Assembly: GCF_032444005.1 (NCBI RefSeq)
Contig: NC_091282.1
Location: 1,109,614,001 to 1,109,678,000, forward strand
Length of the DNA: 64,000 bases
Direction: 5' to 3'
From: Ranitomeya imitator
Lineage: Eukaryota
A program made the translations under genes and the position numbers. Positions 12,156 through 23,815 of this stretch are shown piece by piece (the stretch's first letter is position 1; each line of letters begins with the position of its first letter). Below the pieces are notes generated by a model, which saw nothing but the letters and a program-made list of their open reading frames with translations, was not told where the DNA came from and did no database searches.

Positions 12156-14136
12156 TGCTGCCTCTACAGTATCGATAGCATCCAGTGAGGAATCGAACAA
12201 GACACAACCTAGATTCTATGAATTACGGAACTCTGGTTTCAATAGAGAGAGAAATGCTGGGAAACGCAAGGGCCTCCTCGTCAATCCAACTAATAACCAA
12301 CCCAATAAAAAGGATAAAAAGGGTTTGGAGGTAATCAACCTTTCCCACCATGTTCTCTCTGAGGATCAATTGGATGTTTTACAGAGGGGTCTTACTTTCT
12401 CCCCCACTAATAAATTTGATCTCTTCACAGCCACCAAGGATGTACACCTCTTCTCAAGGAAACTAATAATTAAGAAATTATTTGATAAGGGTGGTAATCA
12501 GTCAGCTGGTGATGACTGTGAGAGGGAGGCACAGATGGCACTGGAGGATCTCCTTGATGAGCAATCATCCCACACGGTGAGTACTCTCCCACGTGACTGT
12601 AAACCCAGATCTACCACATTTTCCCCCTTGTCTCTGTGTCCAGCGGTGGAAATATTTACTAGAATGGTCATACAAGAATTTCAAAACATACCCACCAGAC
12701 GTAGACATGACAACCTTACGTCCAGACAAAGAGTGGCCCTTGACCAACTTAGAAGTCTTGATGACGTAGTGATCAAACCAGCAGACAAGGGGGGAAATGT
12801 GGTCATCTGGCCCAATGCTCTCTATGAGAAGGAAGCGTTGAAACAACTTAGAGATAGAGACACATACAGGAGATTGGATTACAATCCTACCAATCGGTTT
12901 TGTCATGAACTTGAGGGTATTTTGGTGGATGCACACGAAAGGGGCATCATTCCTAAATCAATATTGGATGGTTTGCTCACTAGATCACCCAAGGTCCCCA
13001 CATTGTATTTTGTCCCCAAGATCCACAAAGATCCCATTGATCCGCCGGGCCGTCCGATAGTCTCTGGAGTGGAGGGGTTGAGCGACCCCATATGTAAGTT
13101 TGTTGATTTCTATCTTAAACCCTTGGTTGAGTCGCTCCCCTCCTATGCCAGGGACACGTCTGACGTACTCCGGCGGATCGATGGGATCCAATTGGAGGAA
13201 GATATGTGTCTCGTCACCGCGGATATAACTTCCCTGTACACTTGTATTGGGCATGAGGATGGCCTGGAGGCGGTCCGCTTCTTCCTGGGTGCCAGCAACT
13301 GGGATGGCGCCATTTGTGATCTGGTCATCGAACTCTTGACATTCATACTAACTAAGAATTTCTTTGTGTTCAAGGATGTATTTTATCTACAGCAACGCGG
13401 CACTGCCATGGGCGCGGCCTGTGCGCCCTCCTTCGCCAACCTCTTCCTGGGATTCTGGGAGAGGGAGATTTTTGGCGGGGGGGGGCCGCAGGCCATTGAC
13501 CATGTGCAGTGCTGGCTGCGATACATCGATGACTTGCTCATTATATGGCAGGGGCCCGATGATGCATTGCATGAATTTATGAAACAACTTAATGACAATC
13601 CATATAATATTAAATTAACGTATCAGATGAGTAAGACTGATGTGGATTTCCTTGACATCAAGATTGAGGTTGATAAAGATGGGTATCTACAGACGGATGT
13701 CTTTAGGAAATCCACATCGGTTAATGCTCTGTTGCATGCTGATTCGGGTCACCCATATAGTACCATTAAAGCCATCCCAGTTGGTCAGCACCTTAGGATG
13801 AAGCGGATCTGCTCCTCTACTATCAAATTTGAGGCCCAGGCGGCAGATCTTAGAACCAGGTTCCAATCAAGAGGATACAGTAACAGGAGTATCAAAAGAG
13901 GTTATCTAAGAGCCAAATATACATCACGTGAGGAATTGTTGTGCCCAAGTATTAATAACATCAGTCGGAAGTGTAGGGAGACGTCTAAACAACAGGACGT
14001 AGTACGATTTATCTCTACCTACAATGGGGAATGGGCCACTATGAGGAGATGTCTCCAGAAATACTGGGACATCCTCAAAAGTGACCCGGTGCTCTCTAGA
14101 TACCTCAATGACCATCCTGCAATGAAAAATATTTAG
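12061..14136 (+). CDS. Penelope-like element 1, reverse transcriptase portion (interrupted at ~14124)
   Basis: VINLS, KPADKGG, PKIHK, GRPIVS, ADITSLYT, GTAMGAACAPSFANLFL and RYIDD motifs typical of PLE RT. The first ~30 codons run through unrelated hAT-derived DNA. Confidence 0.93.
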   Translation: MEGPVVSTSNTDFAPRHSTHLLGCCVCQQYLYAASTVSIASSEESNKTQPRFYELRNSGFNRERNAGKRKGLLVNPTNNQPNKKDKKGLEVINLSHHVLSEDQLDVLQRGLTFSPTNKFDLFTATKDVHLFSRKLIIKKLFDKGGNQSAGDDCEREAQMALEDLLDEQSSHTVSTLPRDCKPRSTTFSPLSLCPAVEIFTRMVIQEFQNIPTRRRHDNLTSRQRVALDQLRSLDDVVIKPADKGGNVVIWPNALYEKEALKQLRDRDTYRRLDYNPTNRFCHELEGILVDAHERGIIPKSILDGLLTRSPKVPTLYFVPKIHKDPIDPPGRPIVSGVEGLSDPICKFVDFYLKPLVESLPSYARDTSDVLRRIDGIQLEEDMCLVTADITSLYTCIGHEDGLEAVRFFLGASNWDGAICDLVIELLTFILTKNFFVFKDVFYLQQRGTAMGAACAPSFANLFLGFWEREIFGGGGPQAIDHVQCWLRYIDDLLIIWQGPDDALHEFMKQLNDNPYNIKLTYQMSKTDVDFLDIKIEVDKDGYLQTDVFRKSTSVNALLHADSGHPYSTIKAIPVGQHLRMKRICSSTIKFEAQAADLRTRFQSRGYSNRSIKRGYLRAKYTSREELLCPSINNISRKCRETSKQQDVVRFISTYNGEWATMRRCLQKYWDILKSDPVLSRYLNDHPAMKNI

Positions 14137-15699
14137 AATTGAGAGTCCTCAGTGGTTGATACCTTTTAAAGGCTAACTGAAAAGATGGTAACAAATTGCA
14201 AGCTTTCGAGACTACACAGGTCTCTTCATCAGGCAAAGACTAAAACAAATTCTGAAGAATCACATATTTATGCACAACATAGTATAGGAAAAAAAAAAAA
14301 AAGGGAAAAAAAAAAAACCATGGATAAGCCAGGTGACATGAAGCAGAATTACCATGGGTGATAAACAGTTACGTCCATAAATATTGGGCCAATTCTTAGA
14401 TAAGGATTGTTTTATTGTCCTGTGATTAGGGTCTCTGTTGTAATGACCCTTCATGGTCTGAGGGGCAAGTTCCTTAGTTGATGTAAAAAGACATAAATCC
14501 ATGTGACACATTCATTCCTGCATTAAGAGTGTCAAAGGTCATCATCAGTTTATATTCCCAGACTCTCCTGTCTTTCTGCGATTTGAAGTTTCCTTTCAAT
14601 ACAAGTAATTTCATGTCCATAATGTTATGCTTTGGGAGACAGAAATGTATTGCCACCGGTAGATCCATTCTTTTTTCTCTTATTGTATGGCGATGGGAGT
14701 TCATTCTTGTTCTAAGCTTCTGCCCTGTCTCCCCCACATACAGACCCCCAGTTGGACATTTAGTACATATAATTAGGTACACCACATTAGAAGTGACGCA
14801 GCTGAAAGTACCTGGGATCTTGTAGTCCTGATGTGAATTGGGGATCTTTATCTTGTCTGTGGTCATTATAAATGGACAGGTTTTACATTTTTTCTGGTTG
14901 CAAGGAAAGGTTCCTGCAGCTGTTGGAGAGGACAGGGAGCTCTTGACAATGATGCTTCTTAGATTTGGGGGCTGCCTAAAACACAGTAGTGGGGGGTCTG
15001 GAAAAATGGATTGTAATCGGGCATCTTTTTGCAGTAAAGGTTGTAATTTCCGTGCAGCTCCCCAGATTTGGGTTGTAGGTAACCACTAGAGGTACCCGGT
15101 TATTTTCTTCTTTAGTTTTGTAATGTAGCAGGTGATTCCTTGATATTCTGGTGGCTCTTGTGATCTGATTTTCAATTGTTCTTGGATGGTAGCCCTGATT
15201 CAAAAAGATCTTTCTGAGGCGACCAAGGTGCTCATCCCTATCCATGGGGTTGGAACATATACGATTGTATCTGATGGCTTGGCTGTAGACAATAGAGTTT
15301 TTTATGTGTTTTGGATGGAAACTGTCCCATTTAAGGTATGTTGGGCGGTCAATTGGCTTCTGATACAGGGATGTCTCTATTTCATTTTTCTGCAGCCTAA
15401 TGATGGTGTCCAAAAAGTTAATTTCAGTGCAGGAGTAGTTGAGTGTCAAGTTGATGGTAGGATGAAATTGATTAAACTGTTCATGGAACGTCTTTAGCTG
15501 CGGCTCAGACTCCGTCCAGATGATTAAAATGTCATCAATGTAGCGGTAGTAGGCCAGAGGCCTGATGGGGCATGAGGACAAAAAGTCGCTTTCAAGCTTG
15601 GCCATGAAAAGATTTGCATACTGTGGGGCCATTTTACTTCCCATTGCTGTGCCAGTCTCCTGTAGATAGATCTTCTTGTCAAACTCAAAGTAATTGTGG
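14125..15699 (-). mobile_element. 5'-truncated Penelope-like element 2 nested in PLE 1
   Basis: RT C-terminus (GTAMGSKMAPQYANLFM, YRYIDD; 15644-14976), then GIY-YIG (LYVGETGQKLRTRMNSH; 14866-14474) in a shifted frame, then a 3' region with a hammerhead motif. Confidence 0.93.
14196..14237 (-). ncRNA. Minimal type-I hammerhead ribozyme motif
   Basis: ttgc-CTGATGA-a-gagac(ctgtgta)gtctc-GAAA-gctt-gcaa: intact core, 5-bp stem II, 4-bp stem I, palindromic stem III (AGCT). Confidence 0.8.
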
Positions 15700-16263
15700 G
15701 TGACCGCAAAAAGGAGTAAAAATCTTAAAGATCTATTGGTGTCAAGCCACTATATTCCAAAAGTTAGCAGGTACAATTTTGGATCTGGTGGACCACCCAA
15801 GGGATGTTTTCCGTGTGGTGATTGCGTTTCATGTCCGAACATCTCTCGCATGGCCACTTTTGAATCAGTTGATGGGAAGAAAATTTTCCACATCACCTAT
15901 CATATAACGTGCAACACCACGCAAGTTGTATATTACGCTGTATGCAGTTGTCCCAAAATCTATGTAGGGTTAACATCTAGACGTCTGGGCACACGCATAC
16001 GTGAACATGTGCGTAATATAGTGACAGCGAGGGATGAGACGGACATGACCAAGCTCAAAACTCTACCACGACATTACAAACAGCATCATGGGTGTGACCC
16101 CAGATCCTTTATGGCACGTGGTATTGACCATATTCAATGTGGCATCAGAGGGGGCAATATTGGGCGTATTTTAGCCCAAAGAGAATGTCGGTGGATCAGC
16201 ATACTGGGTACCATGGCACCCATGGGACTTAATGAAACCCATGGGTTTTCCTCTTTCCTGTAG
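15700..16263 (+). CDS. PLE 1 continuation: Cys-rich linker plus GIY-YIG endonuclease
   Basis: TAKRSKNLKDLLV, PCGDCVSC, KIYVGLTSRRLGTRIREH and QRECRWI..LGT..P.GLN motifs. Confidence 0.92.
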   Translation: MTAKRSKNLKDLLVSSHYIPKVSRYNFGSGGPPKGCFPCGDCVSCPNISRMATFESVDGKKIFHITYHITCNTTQVVYYAVCSCPKIYVGLTSRRLGTRIREHVRNIVTARDETDMTKLKTLPRHYKQHHGCDPRSFMARGIDHIQCGIRGGNIGRILAQRECRWISILGTMAPMGLNETHGFSSFL

Positions 16264-17830
16264 AGTGGTCACCTTTGGGGATATTCCCCAAGTAGGGTCT
16301 CTTTTTTGCTTTTGTCTCTGTCATATACCATCGGTTTTAATATGGTATCTTTTTATGTTTATCCTTATTTTAGTGTGCATATACTTACATCCATGCTTAT
16401 CAGGCAGCTGATGTTGATAATTACCGATTGGATAAATCCAGGGATTGAAGAATCTTTAAGGTCGTGGAAAAAATCAAAGATCGGAATTGATACAACATTC
16501 AACACTAAGGACATCAGATGTTAATATGTTGGCGTATGCGATTTGTTGATCAACAGTGAATAATAGAGTACATGTGATCTCCATGACAGATATGTGCCCC
16601 ATACATCAGCGATCTATTAAGCATGCTTGTCTTTATATTTTAGTCTTTTTTATTTTCTTTTTGACTTATTTTCCAGTGAGTGTTTATGTGCATCATTATC
16701 TTATATCCATCTATTTGGGGATTTTGGCCCATCTGGTTAGTTTTTATGCATGAGTTATTAGTTATTTAGTTTGCATTTATTTTATTTAACAAATGCATAC
16801 CAGTGAGGTATCATTGGTTATCTTGTTATGGTATGTTCACTTATAATCACTCCTAGCCCCTTTCAATCACTTTTAGCCCCTTAGATTTTTTCTGCAGTGG
16901 TGTTAAAACATCCACTGATGTATTAATGGGGACAGAACACTCAGAAGAATATATACAGCCTATTTCCTACATTAGGTAAATGGGCACATTAATCTGTCAC
17001 CAGCACTATAAGTTCACTTAAGCACTTTACAGGCACTGTCACTTTATTTATATATATATATATATGTATGCAGGTATTTGGATCTAGCTGCGTTCTGGCT
17101 TCTTCCTGGTGGCTGTCCCGGGTCGCGAGTTGTGGGCGTGATGTCGGCTCGCTCACGTGACCTCGGCGTGCAGGCCGGGTATGAGGTCCTAGCCGCGTTC
17201 TGGCTCCTCCCTGGCGGCTGTCCTGGGTCGCGTGATGTGGGTGTGACGTCAGCCCGCTCACGTGATCTGGGCGTGCAGGCCGGGAATGAGGTTTGGAGCG
17301 CAGTGCGGTGCAAGTCCGATGTTTCACGCTTGCGCACTTTTTAATTACCCGATCATGTGATCGGTAATGCACATTATTTAAACCAGATGTAGATCTGTAT
17401 TAGACCACGCCCCCTGAAGAAGCGGTAACCATAGGACGCGAAACGCGCGTTGGGGAACGTCACCCAGGACCCAGGCAGGACCCCTTAAGCACACATGGGT
17501 AACTTAACCATTTGATTCTTTTGTGTGACTATCTGTACGCTTGAAACATGTGGTGTTCCATGTAATGTGGCCACTGTGAATATACTCTTTTTTATTAGGA
17601 TCACCACATGCTTTTGGCCATATAGCCCTTATATGAGCAGTACCTTAATGTTGATATTTATTATCGTATATATTATTGTTTTACACTCGTGTGGGCCCAG
17701 TCCTGGACAAATGGGTGACCTGGATGTACCCTTAGATTAAGTTGCTATGCACTTTATAGTTCTTTTTTGAATACTATATAGTTGTAAATTTGATTATTTA
17801 ATAAAAACTACTTGTTGTTATATATTGTGG
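16264..17830 (+). mobile_element. PLE 1 3' region / pLTR with a 105-bp CpG-rich direct repeat (17084-17292) and a hammerhead
   Basis: Follows the GIY-YIG stop; duplicated ctagc(t/c)gcgttctggct block at 17084 and 17189; aataaaa near 17800. Confidence 0.7.
17410..17455 (+). ncRNA. Minimal type-I hammerhead ribozyme motif
   Basis: cccc-CTGAAGA-a-gcg...cgc-GAAA-cgcgcgtt-gggg: intact core, palindromic stem III ACGCGCGT, GUU triplet. Confidence 0.8.
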
Positions 17831-18430
17831 CCAGTTTTGACTCGTGTTTCTCCTAATTTTGATAATTGGATTTTTGAGTCGCCATATATGTGCGTATTGT
17901 ATCTTGCACTGACGCCTTTTTTGTGTATGCTAGCAGAGGTATTATGTTGAATTTCCCTTTATAAGGGAATTTGTGGGTAAGATTTTCAAAAATCCTAACG
18001 AAAGCGGACTTATATCAAAAACTGCCGCAAGAAGAGATCCATATGCATATATAAAACCAAAGTTTACTTTATTAATACAAACTATAATAAAAATATACAC
18101 AGACAGATGAAACATATATAAACAAAAGAGTGTCTACAGGAATAGAATCAGTGGAGCTCAGACCAATAAACCCATATATTAGTAGTTCTCAGTAATCATA
18201 TATCACTCTATCAGTCTATATCATGACGACATGTGGTGGATCTACTATTCATAGTCCCAATGTCGCCATTGGGACTATGAATAGTAGATCCACCACATGT
18301 CGTCATGATATAGACTGATAGAGTGATATATGATTACTGAGAACTACTAATATATGGGTTTATTGGTCTGAGCTCCACTGATTCTATTCCTGTAGACACT
18401 CTTTTGTTTATATATGTTTCATCTGTCTGT

Positions 18431-18601
18431 AACATAGTAACATAGTAACATAGTTAGTAAGGCCGAAAAAAGACATTTGTCCATCCAGTTCAGCCTATAT
18501 TCCATCATAATAAATCCCCAGATTTATGTCCTTCTACAGAACCTAATAATTGTATGATACAATATTGTTCTGCTCCAGGAAGACATCCAGGCCTCTCTTG
18601 A
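18431..18601 (-). mobile_element. CR1 3' tail fragment
   Basis: (aacatagt)n terminal repeat plus sequence nearly identical to 27739-27910. Confidence 0.9.
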
Positions 18602-18642
18602 TGGCATGTGGCTGTACAGACATCCTTCACAAACTTTATACA

Positions 18643-18942
18643 TTAACCCCTTTACCCCCAAGGGTGGTTTGCACTTTAATGACCAGGCCAATTCTGACCA
18701 CTGTCCCTTTATGAGGTTATAACTCTGTAACACTTCCAATGAATCCCGGTGATTCTGACGTTTTCTCGAGACATATTGTACTTCATGATAGTGGTAACAT
18801 TTCTTTGATATTACCTGCGTTTATTTGTGAAAAAAAAAGCAGAAATTTGGCGAAAATTTTGAAAATTTTGCAATTTTGCAAATTTGAATTTTTATGCAAT
18901 TAAATCACAGAGAAATGTCGCACAAAATGCTTAATAAGTAAC
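18643..18942 (+). mobile_element. Left-end fragment of a TTAA/piggyBac-like non-autonomous family
   Basis: TTAA|ccccttt; similar to 40144-40450. Confidence 0.65.
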
Positions 18943-19338
18943 TGTGACGGGGTGAAAGGCAGAGCAAGAAGGGACAATAGGCCAAGGGATGATTCCACAG
19001 ATTTATTATCAAGAACGCTGGAACAACACATGCAGGTAGATCTACAGAGTCCACAATTAGTCCAATGGAACAGGTTCGGGGGCACCTCCCGATAATCCTT
19101 GTGCCAGGTAACAAAGCAATAGTCCACAATTAGTCCAATGGATCCCAAAACATGTATATTTTTATTATAGTTTGTATTAATAAAGTAAACTTTGGTTTTA
19201 TATATGCATATGGATCTCTTCTTGCGGCTGTTTTTGATATAAGTCCGCTTTCGTTAGGATTATTGTTGGAAGTGCCATAATTAATTGGATTAGTGGACTA
19301 TTGAGGTAGTTTAAAATTTTCAAAAAGCAGCATATATA

Positions 19339-20989
19339 CAGTTAGGGCCAGAAATATTTGGACAGTGACACAAGTTTTGTTATTTTAGCTGTTTACAAAA
19401 ACATGTTCAGAAATACAATTATATATATAATATGGGCTGAAAGTGCACACTCCCAGCTGCAATATGATAGTTTCCACATCCAAATCGGAGAAAGGGTTTA
19501 GGAATCATAGCTCTGTAATGCATAGCGTCCTCTTTTTCAAGGGACCAAAAGTAATTGGACAATGGACTCTAAGGGCTGCAATTAACTCTGAAGGCGTCTC
19601 CCTCGTTAACCTGTAATCAATGAAGTAGTTAAAAGGTCAGGGGTGGATTCCAGGTGTGTGGTTTTGCATTTGGAAGCTGTTGCTGTGAGCAGACAACATG
19701 CGGTCAAAGGAACTCTCAATTGAGGTGAAGCAGAACATCCTGAGGCTGAAAAAAAAGAAAAAATCCATCAGAGAGATAGCAGACATGCTTGGAGTAGCAA
19801 AATCAACAGTTGGGTACATTCTGAGAAAAAAGGAATTGACTGGTGAGCTTGGGAACTCAAAAAGGCCTGGGCGTCCACGGATGACAACAGTGGTGGATGA
19901 TCGCCGCATACTTAATTGGTGAAGAAGAACCCGTTCACAACATCAACTGAAGTCCAGAACACTCTCAGTGAAGTAGGTGTATCTGTCTCTAAGTCAACAG
20001 TAAAGAGAAGACTCCATGACAGTAAATACAAAGGGTTCACATCTAGATGCAAACCATTCATCAATACCAAAAATAGACAGGCCAGAGTTAAATTTGCAGA
20101 AAAACACCTCAAGAAGCCAGCTCAGTTCTGGAAAAGTATTCTATGGACAGATGAGACAAAGATCAACCTGTACCAGAATGATGGGAAGAAAAAAGTTTGG
20201 AAAAGAAAGGGAACGGCACATGATCCAAGGCACACCACATCCTCTGTAAAACATGGTGGAGGCAACGTGATGGCATGGGCATGCATGGCTTTCAATGGCA
20301 CTGGGTCACTTGTGTTTATTGATGACATAAGAGCAGACAAGAGTAGCCGGATGAATTCTGAAGTGTACCGGGATATACTTTCAGCCCAGATTCAGCCAAA
20401 TGCTGCAAAGTTGATTGGACGGCGCTTCATAGTACAGATGGACAATGACCCCAAGCATACAGCCAAAGATACCCAGGAGTTCATGAGTGCCAAAAAGTGG
20501 AACATTCTGCAATGGCCAAGTCAATCTCCAGATCTAAACCCAATTGAGCATGCATTTCACTTGCTCAAATCCAGACTTAAGACGGAAAGACCCACAAACA
20601 AGCAAGACCTGAAGGCTGCGGCTGTAAAGGCCTGGCATAGCATTAAGAAGGAGGAAATCCAGCGTTTGGTGATGTCCATGGGTTCCAGACTTAAGGCAGT
20701 GATTGCCTCCAAAGGATTTGCAACAAAATATTGAAAATAAAAATATTTTGTTTGGGTTATGTTTATTTGTCCAATTACTTTTGACCTCCTAAAATGTGGA
20801 GTGTTTGTAAAGAAATGTGTACAATTCCTACATTTTCTATCAGATATTTTTGTTCAACCCTTCAAATTAAACGTTACAATCTGCACTTGAATTCTGTTGT
20901 AGAGGTTTCATTTCAAATCCAATGTGGTGGCATGCAGAGCCCAACTCGCGAAAATTGTGTCACTGTCCAAATATTTCTGGCCCTAACTG
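19339..20989 (+). mobile_element. Young Tc1 element (1651 bp), perfect 35-bp TIRs, TA TSD
   Basis: cagttagggccagaaatatttggacagtgacacaa at both ends; TA at 19337-38 and 20990-91. Confidence 0.97.
19698..20734 (+). pseudogene. Tc1 transposase (DD34E) with a single frameshift at ~19916
   Basis: MRSKELS...GRPR then WTDETK, MDNDPKH and SPDLNPIEH; no other disruption seen. Confidence 0.93.
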
Positions 20990-21655
20990 TATAAAGCATG
21001 TTTCATTACACATATTATTATTCTGCTTAAGGCTGAAACCTGCAGAAGTGTGTGGAGCATATTAATGCATTGATGTTCCAAAACATCCAAGTGCAGACCC
21101 AAAAATCAACATCAGGCTCCCAGATACATGCTTAAAGAGACCATGAGAAGGGCAGCACAATAAAATAATTATAATAGAATATATAGAGATTGAGAGTACA
21201 AGTTTCAGCATTGCACAATGTGCAAAGTTTTAGAACAATTACCCAAGGGGTCTGTATTCACTCGTAATGGGGACCTCACAATACATTGTGCAGCTATTAG
21301 AATAGGTAGAGAAAGGTAGAACAAGTTTCATCACTGTACAATGTACAAATTTTTCCAAAAATTACCCAAGGGGTCTATATCATACATGCTGAAAGAGACC
21401 GTGATGGGGACCTCACAATACATTTTGCAGTTATAAGAATAGGTAGAGACAGAGAGTACAAATTTCACCATTTCACAATGTGCAATGGTTTGAAAACATT
21501 TAAAAACATTAACAACGTGGGGTATGTATGTATGAGCACTAAATACTTGTTGCAGAAGCAGGAGGAGTAGGACGAGATTTCCTGAACAAAATGGGCTTGG
21601 ATAGTAAGGCATAGACATTAAGACAGCTTACAAAAAAGAACATTTGGACATGCAT

Positions 21656-23815
21656 TTATGTTAGGTTGCTGTCATCTGTAGGGCTTACAAAGTCGGAGGA
21701 AATCCAGCCTTTGTTCAATTTTACAAGAGTCAGACTGTCTGCATTTTTCATTGACAAGCGTGTGCGCCTATCCGTTATCATTGCACTGGCTGAACTAAAG
21801 ACCCGCTCAGACAGCACATTGTGGAAGGGCGTGTCAGCACCTCCAAGGTGCTGGGTCAAGTGTGCAGCTTCGACAATCAATATTTAAAGGGCACTGAAGA
21901 ATTAGGAAGGAGGCTGGTATGGTCACTTAAGTAGTCCTTCACTATCTTGGTCAGCATCTCCCTCCTCATCATAGTTACACTCATGTCCTAATGTTATGGA
22001 TTCATGGAAATGGCCCAGTGGGTGGACATTTCCCCCCCTCCTGCCTTACACCTGGTGTGCGTGTCCCTCCCCTGTAATCTTTGTGGGTGAAAATAGCTGG
22101 TACGTCTGCCAGGAGCGTTGTCTGTGGGTAATCTTTTCAGCAAGTCTTGCACAACGGCCCTCTGGCATGCATGCACTAAAAATAGCACATCTGTCTCCAA
22201 CATGAGAGAAGGAAATTTCTCCTTATACCAAGTGTCATGAAAGGCGCACAGCCAGTGTTTCATGGTGGACAAAATGTCTTTCACGCTATGGCCTTGGGAA
22301 AGGCATCTGGACATGAACTGTGCCATGTGTGACAGACTATAAAGAATCAAATATTCAGTATCCCCACCAGGTCGAACACTAGCCATCCTCTCCTCCTCAC
22401 GATGTATTGCCTCCTCCTCCTCTTTAGGTCATCCATGCTGGACAGGCATGAAGGTGGGATTTGGAGTCCCCCTCTGTAGTGAAGACCAATATTCTTGTTC
22501 CTCCCCATCCTACTCCTCCTGTTCCTCATTATTACCCAATGTGGCCTGAGAATATTGTGTGAGGCTGGGCTGTGTGGAATCAGCCACTGTAAAATCTTGT
22601 TCCATAGCCACCTGCTCGGCATTCAAAGTTTCATCTTTAGGATTCTGTAGTGAACATTTTAATAGACAGAGCAGTGGGATGGTTACACAAATAATAGTGT
22701 CATCAGTGCTCACTATCTTGGTGCAGTACTTCAAATTTTGAAGAACCTCACATATGTCAGTGATCCACACCCACTTAGCAGTTGTTATATGTGGGGGCTG
22801 AATGTTACTCTGATGGGCATTGAGAAGCTGAAATTCAGACTCTGCCCTCTGCTGCTCACTAAGCCTTGCCAACATATGAAAGGTTGAGTTCCAGCATGTG
22901 GGCAGGTCACAAATCAGTCTGTGACAAGGCAAATTAAAGCGTTGCTGCAGCAAAGTCAGACTGACAAAAGCCTAAGATGACTTTTGGAAATGGGTGCTGA
23001 CACAGCATACCTTGGCAAGCAGGCCTGGCAAGTTAGTTTACGGTATGTTTTTAGAAACCGCTCTACAACCAAGTTCAGAACGTGGGCCATGCATGGAACT
23101 TGTACAACTTGCCGAACTTTAAGTCCGCTACCAAGTTATGCCCATTATCGCATACAACGAGACCTGGTTGGGGTTCAGCGGGAAAAGCCACTAATTGGTC
23201 TGGTCTTTTATCCTTTTCAACAACTCTGCTGTGTTGTGAGCTTTATCACCTAAACTGATAAGCTTCAGCAGAGCGTTCTGCCGATTCGCCAAGGCAATGC
23301 TGCAGAAGTCCCTGCTGGGGAGTGATGGGTAGGCTAGTTCTACTGCTAGTTCTCAAATATTCAACATCACTAGGAATGGGTATGATTAAGGAGCATTCAC
23401 CAGAACAGGCATACATCCACACACACACGATAACAGGTTTTATACTAGCGCATGGCCGTGCGGCCATGTGAACCTTTTATACCAGAAGCTATACAGGACC
23501 TTTCTACTGGTCCAATAGGAGCTGCTACAGGACCTGAGCATGTGATGCCCAACCTCCAATGGGAGGTCATCCCATGGGCATGCTCAGAGAAAGAAAAGCA
23601 GGACTTAGTCCCAGGAGGGCCCGCTAGCCGCTGATCAGTACTGGTTACGATGGCTGAGCCTGAAAGGACAGCAATAACCAGCCGCATAGTATCAGTTTGA
23701 GCCAGAAGTGGGGATTTCGACACCTAATAGACACAGATTTTGTACCCAGGCGTTCCACCCACCTACTGGGTGCTTGGCAGCCATGTGCTTCTGCATGCCG
23801 GAGGTGCTCAGGTTG
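21656..23815 (-). pseudogene. Degenerate hAT transposase A, from the end of the BED finger to the C-terminus
   Basis: NLSTSGMQKH, LICDLPTCWNSTFHML and VLSERVFSSA...RRTRLS motifs in broken frames; homologous to 59215-62789. Confidence 0.88.

Larger units (their letters stand above)
17991..19261. repeat. Fold-back with 272-bp arms: perfect 164-bp inner palindrome (18099-18430), right arm interrupted by 18431-19153
   Basis: Base-by-base comparison. The loop is tcgc at 18263-18266. Outer arms 17991-18098 and 19154-19261 differ at 1 position. Confidence 0.95.

Noticed and set aside
18943-19153. Solo LTR starting TGTGACGG
   Set aside because: No matching CA end with TSD, PBS or PPT was seen; it is too short to call.
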